Origin: an uncultured Lachnospiraceae bacterium
GTDB taxonomy: Bacteria; Bacillota; Clostridia; Oscillospirales; CAG-272
Assembly (NCBI GenBank): GCA_964464905.1
Contig: CAYXHC010000001.1
Location: forward strand, 1,097-65,096
DNA: 64,000 nucleotides
Reading direction: 5' to 3'
Under the pieces are notes generated by a model that worked only from the letters and a program-made list of their open reading frames with translations, searched no databases and was not told the DNA's origin. Both the position numbers and the translations under genes were made by a program. Of this stretch, positions 8,157-14,984 are shown in pieces. The stretch's first letter is position 1, and each line of letters starts with the position of its first letter.

Positions 8157-8231
8157 AACAACGAGAAAGGGGAAATTTGCCGACTAATTCCAAAATCGCG
8201 GTCAAAATGTTACAATATTATTGATTTTTTA

Positions 8232-8261
8232 TTGACACAATGCAATTATATGTGTTATCAT
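8232..8261 (+). promoter_or_regulatory. SigA-type promoter for the first surface-protein gene
   Basis: TTGACA (8232-8237), 18 nt spacer, TATCAT (8256-8261), with TGTG immediately upstream of the -10. The conserved leader element starts about 7 nt after the -10 box. Confidence 0.65.
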
Positions 8262-8267
8262 ATAGAC

Positions 8268-8329
8268 AATAGTAGCCGGAGGGCGCCCTCCGTTATGATA
8301 GGTTCGCAGAACCTATCATAATAAACCTT
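8268..8329 (+). promoter_or_regulatory. Conserved 62-nt two-hairpin leader element, copy A
   Basis: 58 of 62 nt are identical to 12123-12184. It contains a 16-nt perfect palindrome, CGGAGGGCGCCCTCCG (8277-8292). It also contains a 13-bp perfect-stem hairpin, TTATGATAGGTTC-GCA-GAACCTATCATAA (8293-8321). No U-tract follows the hairpin. Confidence 0.8.
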
Positions 8330-8379
8330 TATGGCGGGAAGTTCCGACGGCACGAAAATTTATTTTGGAGGAACTTTTC

Positions 8380-9237
8380 ATGAAAAAGATTCTTGCTCTC
8401 GTAATGGTAGTTGCAATGCTCGCATGCTTCGCTACCGCTACATCCGCTGCAGAAATGAAGTTTGTTGAAGAAGCAAGCTTTGATTTCAGCACCACCGAAG
8501 GCCTCAAGGGCTATACCGCAAGCTGGCCCGGTAACGACCTCATGTGCAACGCTGCTGCTGCAGAGGTTGCTGAAGGCGTTATCGTTGACGGCGCATTCGT
8601 TGCAGGCACCATGGGCTTCGTTGTAGACGAAGTATTTGATGCTACCAACGGTATCAAGATCAAGATGGACATTACCATCGACAAGACCAAGGTTGGCGGT
8701 TCTCCCTGGTTCCAGGGCGTTGCTTCCTTCTTTAATGCAGACGGCAAGTCCGCTGAATTCCTCGCTCTCGCTGGCGAAGAGTTCGAGCACTCCTACGATG
8801 CATACTACCTCAACTACAAGGGTTCCGGTACTCACTTCCAGGCACATACCGGTGACCTCGGCGAAGGCGCTACCGGCAACAATGTTGTTTGGGGCGGCGA
8901 CGTTGCTGAAGACCTCGTTACCGACGATGCTCCCACCTGGAGCGGCACTGTAGAATTCATCGTTGTTCCCGCTGAAACCGGCGCTACCGTTACCATCCTT
9001 GTTGACGGCGTTGACATCGGTCTCCCCAACAACCCCGAATTCGCAAACTTCCTCTCTGACGAAATGCTCGTTACCATCGGTGCTACTCACTACGGCGACT
9101 ATGCACTCGCTTCCACCATTGATAACGTTGTTATCTACACCATGCAGGAAGAAGCTACTCAGACCGGTTTCGCTACTGTTGCTCTCGCAATCGTTGCAAT
9201 CGGTTCCGGCGCTTACATCGTATCCAAGAAGCACTAA
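8380..9237 (+). CDS. Secreted ConA/LamG-like (DUF1080-like) beta-sandwich protein with a C-terminal QTG-TM-KKH anchor
   Basis: ORF track gives 8365..9237. I placed the start at ATG 8380 with GGAGGA 8 nt upstream. The signal peptide is MKKILALVMVVAMLACFATATSA/AE. The C-terminus is EEATQTGFATVALAIVAIGSGAYIVSKKH (motif, hydrophobic helix, basic tail). The fold call is by eye from the beta-rich pattern ending ...STIDNVVIY. Confidence 0.7.
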   Translation: MKKILALVMVVAMLACFATATSAAEMKFVEEASFDFSTTEGLKGYTASWPGNDLMCNAAAAEVAEGVIVDGAFVAGTMGFVVDEVFDATNGIKIKMDITIDKTKVGGSPWFQGVASFFNADGKSAEFLALAGEEFEHSYDAYYLNYKGSGTHFQAHTGDLGEGATGNNVVWGGDVAEDLVTDDAPTWSGTVEFIVVPAETGATVTILVDGVDIGLPNNPEFANFLSDEMLVTIGATHYGDYALASTIDNVVIYTMQEEATQTGFATVALAIVAIGSGAYIVSKKH

Positions 9238-9253
9238 TTATTGGATCAAAAAA

Positions 9254-9278
9254 GGCTCCCTAAAGGGGGCCTTTTTTT
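9254..9278 (+). terminator. Rho-independent terminator
   Basis: Stem GGCTCCC (9254-9260), loop TAAA, stem GGGGGCC (9265-9271), followed by TTTTTTT (9272-9278). It is nearly the same hairpin as at 10190-10213. Confidence 0.85.
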
Positions 9279-9307
9279 AGATGGGCATCAAAATTGTAAA
9301 TAAAGTG

Positions 9308-9336
9308 TTGACAAAGTTTTTATGCGGTGTTATTAT
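9308..9336 (+). promoter_or_regulatory. SigA-type promoter for the second surface-protein gene
   Basis: TTGACA (9308-9313), 17 nt spacer, TATTAT (9331-9336). Confidence 0.7.
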
Positions 9337-9390
9337 GAGATATAAAGTTTTGATGCTTCATCAAAAACAAAAAAACATGGAGGAACTTTT

Positions 9391-10170
9391 ATGAAAAAGA
9401 TTCTTGCTCTCGTAATGGTAGTTGCTATGCTCGCATGCTTCGCTACCGTTGCAAACGCTGCTGCTCCCGAAGGACAGATTGCGTACTACACCTTTGACGC
9501 TGCTGACGAAGCAGGCCTCACCGTAAACGGCGACAACGCTACCTACGCTGACGGCGCTGTTACTCTCGGCGACGCTACTTACCTCACTGCGGACATCGAT
9601 CTTTCCGGTGTTACCGCTATGACCGTTGCTCTCAAGGTTAAGATCACCGATACTGATGCTAACTGGGGCTTTGAGATCACCTCTGAAGAGGCTCACTCCT
9701 GGCCGGCTGAGCATTACATCGGCTGCCTCCTCAACGGCAGTGCTGTGATCGAACGCTACAACAACACCGACGGTCGTCCCAATTCCGCTTCCGCTACTAT
9801 CGCGGTTGACGAATGGGTTGAGCTCGTAGTTGTTCTTCCTGAAGACGGCTCCATCGTTCTTTATGCTGACGGCGCAGAAGTTGCTAACGTTCCTCAGACC
9901 GAAGGCTTCGACCTCGCTATCGCAAACTGCATCGGCGAAACTCCCGTATTCCAGATTGGTAAGGCTAACTGGGGCGAAGGCGAATACGCTGCAGGCACCT
10001 CCATCGACACTTTTGCAGTTTACAACACTGCTCTCTCTGCTGACGAAGTAGCTACCGCTCTCGAAGCTCCCGCAGCAGACGAAGAAGCTGCTCAGACCGG
10101 TTTCGCTACCGTTGCTCTCGCAATCGTTGCAATCGGCTCCGGCGCTTACATCGTGTCTAAGAAGCACTAA
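9391..10170 (+). CDS. Secreted LamG-domain protein with a C-terminal QTG-TM-KKH anchor
   Basis: GGAGGA lies 7 nt upstream of the start. The signal peptide is MKKILALVMVVAMLACFATVANA/AA. The LamG-like hallmark is ...IGKANWGEGEYAAGTSIDTFAVYNTALSADEV, resembling the common ...D.V.IYNRALSA.EI ending. The C-terminus is EEAAQTGFATVALAIVAIGSGAYIVSKKH. Confidence 0.75.
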   Translation: MKKILALVMVVAMLACFATVANAAAPEGQIAYYTFDAADEAGLTVNGDNATYADGAVTLGDATYLTADIDLSGVTAMTVALKVKITDTDANWGFEITSEEAHSWPAEHYIGCLLNGSAVIERYNNTDGRPNSASATIAVDEWVELVVVLPEDGSIVLYADGAEVANVPQTEGFDLAIANCIGETPVFQIGKANWGEGEYAAGTSIDTFAVYNTALSADEVATALEAPAADEEAAQTGFATVALAIVAIGSGAYIVSKKH

Positions 10171-10189
10171 TTCCTGAATGAGCGAAAAA

Positions 10190-10213
10190 GGCTCCCGAAA
10201 GGGAGCCTTTTTT
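10190..10213 (+). terminator. Rho-independent terminator
   Basis: Stem GGCTCCC (10190-10196), loop GAAA, stem GGGAGCC (10201-10207), followed by TTTTTT. Confidence 0.85.
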
Positions 10214-10257
10214 GCGTTAAAATGCTGCGTTTGATTCAGTTAATGTTAATAAACGTA

Positions 10258-10286
10258 TTGCACCGGAGCGGGTTATATGGTATAAT
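10258..10286 (+). promoter_or_regulatory. SigA-type promoter for the lectin-like lipoprotein gene
   Basis: TTGCAC (10258-10263), 17 nt spacer, TATAAT (10281-10286). Confidence 0.7.
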
Positions 10287-10325
10287 AATCTTGCAATATC
10301 CTATATAATATAAGGAGAATTATTC

Positions 10326-11675
10326 ATGAAAAAGATACTTGCTCTTTTACTTGCCGTTATGATGCTGGCAGCTCTCGTTGCCTGCGACGATGGCAGTCTG
10401 CCTCCCGTTGACGGAGAAAGCGATAGCGAAGGCACGGGAACGGGCGAAGGCACCGAAACTGAGGCAGAATCCGAAACCGAAGAAGAAGACGAGGACTATG
10501 TCCCTGACTTTGAAGCGAAATACGGCGGCTGCGTCGGTGTGGGCGTTGAGTCCGGCTCCGCTTACTTCGATAACCTTAAGGTTGTGTCTAAGCAGACCGA
10601 TAAGAAGGAGCTCTACTACGATGAGCTCGAGGGCGAGCTTCCCGTTCTCACTTACGTTACGGGTGCTGAAGCCGATTGGGCTGTTGCTGTTGACCCCACC
10701 GAGGATGAAGATGAGGATGATCCCAACCACGCTCTCGGATACACGGGCTCTTCCGCTTCTATGGTGACCTTCGGTTCCTCCAACTGGAATTACTATCAGT
10801 ATTCCATGAAGGTGTATCCCGTTGACGACACCACAGTTATCGATCTTTATTTCTGCGTTACCGATGCTGATAACTATTTCGTCGTTTCCGTTGGCGGAAA
10901 CGATGGCGATTCCCTTTGCTATCAGGTAGTCGGCGGCGAGAAGACGGCTGTTGCGCCCAGTGTTTACGCTCCCGTTGAGATCGGTGAATGGACCTCCGTC
11001 GGCATTACCGTTGAACGTGAGACCATCGATATCTACATCGGCGGCACCAAGCGCTTCTCTCTCTTTAATGATGAATTCGAATACAGCATGACCATCGCAA
11101 ACAGAGCTACCGTTAACGCTCCTTACTGCGCTTCCTGGGAAACTCCCGGCTCCATTAACGACGGTATGTATCCTGACGCTACCTACGCTTCCGTTTCCAA
11201 CGGTACCGCTTACGGCTCCTGGAGCATGGCAGATATATCCGAGACCATTTCTTACGAATGGGACGAGGCTGTGACTGTTGACGGTATCGGTCTCTTCTTC
11301 TGGCAGGACAAGGAAACCCGTGAATACTGGCTCGAAAACGGCGGTATCCACTCTGCTTCCTACTATACCATCCAGTATCTCGATGAAAACGGCGACTACG
11401 TAGACGTTGAAAATGCTGTTGGTCTTGAGGTTCTCGATGACGTTATGAACCAGACCTTCTTCGATGCTGTTACCACCACGTCAATTCAGGTAACTCTCTA
11501 TAAGTTCACCGAAGAGGAGGATGCTACCTACAGATTCTCCGAATATAAGGAGTATGAAGCAAACGGCGGCGATGTCGATGCTGAAGATGCACCTACGGAT
11601 CCTTCCATCCGCGGACTCGGACTCTTTGAGTTTGAAGTGTACGCAGCAGGCACAGTTGAAAGACCCGAGGAATGA
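10326..11675 (+). CDS. Lipoprotein with an acidic linker, a ConA/LamG-like domain and a C-terminal discoidin/galactose-binding-like domain
   Basis: The signal and lipobox are MKKILALLLAVMMLAALVAC. A Glu/Asp/Thr-rich linker follows. FDNLKV and ...IDIYIGG... strands resemble DUF1080/LamG. The C-terminal half (ASWETPGSINDG...GSWS...ISYEWDEAVTVDGIGLFFWQD...) looks like an F5/8-type-C carbohydrate-binding module. Domain calls are by eye. Confidence 0.6.
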   Translation: MKKILALLLAVMMLAALVACDDGSLPPVDGESDSEGTGTGEGTETEAESETEEEDEDYVPDFEAKYGGCVGVGVESGSAYFDNLKVVSKQTDKKELYYDELEGELPVLTYVTGAEADWAVAVDPTEDEDEDDPNHALGYTGSSASMVTFGSSNWNYYQYSMKVYPVDDTTVIDLYFCVTDADNYFVVSVGGNDGDSLCYQVVGGEKTAVAPSVYAPVEIGEWTSVGITVERETIDIYIGGTKRFSLFNDEFEYSMTIANRATVNAPYCASWETPGSINDGMYPDATYASVSNGTAYGSWSMADISETISYEWDEAVTVDGIGLFFWQDKETREYWLENGGIHSASYYTIQYLDENGDYVDVENAVGLEVLDDVMNQTFFDAVTTTSIQVTLYKFTEEEDATYRFSEYKEYEANGGDVDAEDAPTDPSIRGLGLFEFEVYAAGTVERPEE

Positions 11676-11711
11676 GTTTTTCGGCAATGACGCCTACATA
11701 AAACAATAACG

Positions 11712-11743
11712 GCTGACGCGGTTTTTCCGCGTCAGCTTTTTTT
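11712..11743 (+). terminator. Rho-independent terminator
   Basis: Stem GCTGACGCGG (11712-11721), loop TTTTT, stem CCGCGTCAGC (11727-11736), followed by TTTTTTT. Confidence 0.9.
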
Positions 11744-11768
11744 GTTTGTCGGCGCGAAACTGAGGATG

Positions 11769-11828
11769 TGTGAATAAAACTGTGAATATCGTTGAATATT
11801 TTTTTGAGGGGAAATTTTGTGTTAAAAT
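11769..11828 (+). promoter_or_regulatory. Candidate activator-dependent promoter: three TG(T)GAAT direct repeats plus an extended -10
   Basis: The repeats are TGTGAAT (11769), TGTGAAT (11781) and GTTGAAT (11791), spaced 12 and 10 bp apart. TG-T-TAAAAT follows at 11820-11828, and there is no recognisable -35. A transcript from here would carry a leader of about 450 nt into the importer operon. Confidence 0.4.
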
Positions 11829-12122
11829 ATTGTTCGATAAAATGAACAAAGTATGGCGAAAAAGTCCGACTTGTGTTATGAAATATGGTGAAAAAGATGA
11901 AAAAGTGCTGTGGGGACTTGAAATATTACACCGATGTATGATAAAATAAACAAACATTAAAAATCAAAATGTATAGGTGTTTGTATTTTGTTTTTTATTG
12001 GGAAGCGATTCCTTGACGACGACGGCGTTGCCGCGTCGTTCAATGGCGCATTGTGATGCCCGGTCAGTGTATGCCGGACCGGTGCGCAACTGTCTTTCCT
12101 TGTGTATGCGTTATTATATAAA

Positions 12123-12184
12123 AATAGCAGCCGGAGGGCGCCCTCCGTTATGATAGGTTCTGCGAACCTATCATAATAAACCTT
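12123..12184 (+). promoter_or_regulatory. Conserved 62-nt two-hairpin leader element, copy B
   Basis: It has the same palindrome (12132-12147) and the same 13-bp stem (12148-12160 / 12164-12176) as copy A. The 3-nt loop is TGC here, the reverse complement of GCA in copy A. One further substitution is at 12128. Confidence 0.8.
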
Positions 12185-12222
12185 ATCATTAAGCCGGAAC
12201 GGGGGAAGGGCAGATCATTTCG

Positions 12223-12270
12223 TTAACGGAGAGCTAAGCTCTGTTAAATTATATTTTTTTATATTTTTTT
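12223..12270 (+). terminator. Terminator-like hairpin plus T-rich tract inside the importer leader (possible attenuator)
   Basis: TTAAC-GG-AGAGC (12223-12234), loop TAA, GCTCT-GTTAA (12238-12247), then ATTATATTTTTTTATATTTTTTT. It lies immediately before the RBS GGGAGGA (12271-12277). The stem is short and imperfect. Confidence 0.4.
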
Positions 12271-12285
12271 GGGAGGAACAAAAAA

Positions 12286-14748
12286 ATGACAACTTTCAAG
12301 AGACTTATGAGCGTGCTGCTTGTTCTCTGTATGTTGTCCGTAGCTTTCGTTTCCTGCTCTAACAAGGGCGGCGACGCGAAGGTCGGTAACTATACATATA
12401 ACAGCTACGCAAGCAGTCTCGGAACCAACTGGAACCCCCACACGTGGGAAGTAAGTTCCGATGACGCTATCCTCGGCTACGTAAGCTCCCCCTTCTGCAC
12501 GATGCAGGTTTCCGATTCCGAAAACGGCGTCTACCAGTGGGTGTATGAGATGGCTACCTCTATCGAGGACGTAACCAAGGATCACCAGGACGATCTCACC
12601 AAGTATGCTGTAACACTTCCCGAAGGCCAGTCGGCTTCCGAGACCACCGAAGGTTACGTTTACGAGATCAAGCTCAATGAAGATGCTAAGTGGGAAAACG
12701 GCACTCCTATCAATGCTGACACCTACATCTACTCCATGAAGGCTCTTCTTGACCCCGCTATGAAGAACTACCGCGCTAACCTCTACTATGCAGGCGAATC
12801 TGCAGTAGCAGGCGGTAATGCTTACTACTATAGCGGAGACATTGCATGGGATACCGATCTCATGGGTGCTGAAACCCTCGAAACCATCGTTAAGGGCGAA
12901 GACGGCACTTACACCACCTCTGATGGCAAGCCCATCGCTGTAGCTCTCACCTCCGCGCTTGATTGGCTCAGCGGATACGCTCTTTCCGACTACGTTGACG
13001 CTTACGGCGAAGCATACTTCGGCGTTGCAGATTACGAAACCCTTTCTGCTATGGCAGTTGGCGGCTTTGTACCCGTAACCGACGAAGTTATCGACCTTAT
13101 GGAAGGCGTTATCACCGCTGTTGAAGCTTGGGGCGAAACCAGAGCTGACGTAGCTCAGTACTTCTACTCCGGTACTCAGATGCCTGAGGCTACCTACGAC
13201 GTTGTAGGCTGCTACAAGGTTGACGATTACACCATTCGTTATGTATGCCAGACATACCTCGACAAAAACTACTTCCTCACCTCCTGCACCTCTACCTGGC
13301 TCGTATATGAAGATCTCTACGAAGCAGGAAAGGACACCACCGGTACTCTCGTAACCACTAACTACAACTCTTCTCCTGAAACCACCATGTCCTACGGTCC
13401 TTACAGAATCGAGTCCATGCAGAACGACAAGCAGATCGTTTACGTTCAGAATGAGAACTGGTACGGCTACGAAAAGGAAGGCGACTACCTCGTATCCTAC
13501 ACTCCTTACCTCGTTGACGGTAAGAACGTACAGCGCTACATGACCACCAAGATCGTTATCAACGTTATGGATAACGACGCTGCAAAGCTCGCGTTCCTTA
13601 AGGGTGACCTTGACGACTGGGCTCCCAGTGCAGACGACCTCGTTAACTACGCTATGAGCGAACAGCTCTACAAGGTTGACGAAACCTACACCATGTCCTT
13701 CTTCTTCAACACAGACGTTTCTATGCTCCAGGAGATGGATAACTCCAAGGGTAACATCAACTCCGTTGTTCTTTCAAACTACAACTTCCGTAAGGCATTC
13801 TCCCTTGCAGTTGACCGTACTGAGTTTGTAACCGCTACCGAAGGCTACAAGCCCGCTTACGCACTTATGAACAACCTCTACTTCTACGACGTATACAACG
13901 ATCCTAACTCCTCCTACAGAGGCTCTGATGAGGCTATGCAGGCAGTCTGCGATCTTTACGGCGTAAAGTACGGTGAAGGTACTCCTTATGCAACTCTCAA
14001 GGAAGCATACGACTCCATCACCGGTTACAACCTTACTGAAGCTAAGGCTCTCATGGCAACCGCTTGCCAGGAGCTCGTAGATGCAGGCCTCTACACCGCA
14101 GGTGAAGACATCACCATCCGTATCGGCTGGTCCAAGTCTGCTCTCACTTCTGCTGATAACAATCAGATCGCTCTTATGAACAAGTACATCAACGCTGCTG
14201 TTGAAGGATCCGGCTTCGGCAAGATCACTCTCGAAGGCGTTGGCTCCGTTGAAGACCGTTACGGCGACGTTCCCGCAGGTAACTTCGCAATCGGTTACGG
14301 CGCATGGGGCGGTGCTGCGTTCTATCCTTTCCGTAACTTCCAGGTTTACTGCGACACCGAGCAGTATGCAGGCCAGATCAATGAAATGGCATGCTGGGAT
14401 CCTTCCGTTGAAGAGCTCACTCTCACGGTAGACGGCAAGGAAGTAACTATGACATGGCAGGAATGGTCTCGTTCCATGACCGGTACCGGCCAGTTCGCAA
14501 CTGCAGACTTCTCCGTTAAGCTCGCTATCACGGCTCAGATGGAAAAGCTCTTCCTTGAAAAGTACTACAGAATCCCCTTCTGCGGAACTACTATATGCTC
14601 TATGCTCTCCTACAAGTGCAACTACTACACCGATGAATACAACATCATGTACGGTTTCGGCGGACTTGAGCTTATGACCTACAACTACACCGATGAAGAA
14701 TGGGCAGAATTCTGCGCTGAACAGAATGGCGATATTAAGTACGAATAA
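12286..14748 (+). CDS. ABC transporter substrate-binding lipoprotein, family 5 (Opp/Dpp-type), unusually long at 820 aa
   Basis: The signal and lipobox are MTTFKRLMSVLLVLCMLSVAFVSC. By eye the layout is family-5: ...YVYEIKLNEDAKWENGTPINADTYIYSMKALLDP..., then ...YGPYRIES...VYVQNENWYG... It is followed by Opp-type permeases and ATPases. Confidence 0.8.
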   Translation: MTTFKRLMSVLLVLCMLSVAFVSCSNKGGDAKVGNYTYNSYASSLGTNWNPHTWEVSSDDAILGYVSSPFCTMQVSDSENGVYQWVYEMATSIEDVTKDHQDDLTKYAVTLPEGQSASETTEGYVYEIKLNEDAKWENGTPINADTYIYSMKALLDPAMKNYRANLYYAGESAVAGGNAYYYSGDIAWDTDLMGAETLETIVKGEDGTYTTSDGKPIAVALTSALDWLSGYALSDYVDAYGEAYFGVADYETLSAMAVGGFVPVTDEVIDLMEGVITAVEAWGETRADVAQYFYSGTQMPEATYDVVGCYKVDDYTIRYVCQTYLDKNYFLTSCTSTWLVYEDLYEAGKDTTGTLVTTNYNSSPETTMSYGPYRIESMQNDKQIVYVQNENWYGYEKEGDYLVSYTPYLVDGKNVQRYMTTKIVINVMDNDAAKLAFLKGDLDDWAPSADDLVNYAMSEQLYKVDETYTMSFFFNTDVSMLQEMDNSKGNINSVVLSNYNFRKAFSLAVDRTEFVTATEGYKPAYALMNNLYFYDVYNDPNSSYRGSDEAMQAVCDLYGVKYGEGTPYATLKEAYDSITGYNLTEAKALMATACQELVDAGLYTAGEDITIRIGWSKSALTSADNNQIALMNKYINAAVEGSGFGKITLEGVGSVEDRYGDVPAGNFAIGYGAWGGAAFYPFRNFQVYCDTEQYAGQINEMACWDPSVEELTLTVDGKEVTMTWQEWSRSMTGTGQFATADFSVKLAITAQMEKLFLEKYYRIPFCGTTICSMLSYKCNYYTDEYNIMYGFGGLELMTYNYTDEEWAEFCAEQNGDIKYE

Positions 14749-14794
14749 TTCTGATAACTGAAATAATCATACTGAATACACCATAAAAAAGGCG

Positions 14795-14926
14795 GCAGGG
14801 GGGAATTTGATCCCCCCTGCTAACCTTGATTTTTCGGGTTGATGAAAATTGTTCCTTTTTTCGTTCGAGATCGTTCACTCCGACGTCCCGTTGGACGGGC
14901 ATTCCGAGCGGATCATCTCGAGCGAA
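14795..14926 (+). promoter_or_regulatory. Structured spacer between the SBP and permease genes (two hairpins)
   Basis: Hairpin 1 is GCAGGGGGGA (14795-14804) / TCCCCCCTGC (14811-14820). Hairpin 2 has outer stem TTCGTTCGAGAT (14860-14871) / ATCTCGAGCGAA (14915-14926, one G-U pair) and inner stem CCCGT-TGG-ACGGG. No clean U-tract follows either hairpin. Confidence 0.55.
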
Positions 14927-14984
14927 GAATCAACTATTTTTCACTCTATAATCTACCATCCCTTAAGCTAAGGAGAATAACGTT

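Noticed and set aside
8293-8321. 13-bp hairpin of the leader element considered as an intrinsic terminator
   Set aside because: No U-tract follows in either copy (TAAACCTT...). Its position right after the promoter and before the RBS argues for a regulatory or stabilising role instead.
9148-9237. Canonical LPXTG sortase substrate call for the two lectin-like proteins
   Set aside because: The motif is (A/T)QTG without Leu-Pro, and no sortase gene is in the window. I kept it only as a hypothesis in the findings.
8329-11351. Minus-strand ORFs of 301, 268 and 334 aa opposite the three lectin-like genes
   Set aside because: The plus-strand genes have promoters, RBSs, signal peptides and terminators. 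The minus-strand ORFs have none of these.
11694-11957. 87-aa minus-strand ORF in the AT-rich region before the importer
   Set aside because: It has no RBS and a Phe/Ile/Ser-rich translation typical of AT-rich non-coding DNA. It overlaps a terminator and the candidate promoter region.
11864-11971. 35-codon ORF (MNKVWRKSPTCVMKYGEKDEKVLWGLEILHRCMIK) in the importer leader as a leader peptide
   Set aside because: No SD sequence lies upstream of its ATG, and it has no obvious regulatory codon run. I cannot support it from sequence alone.
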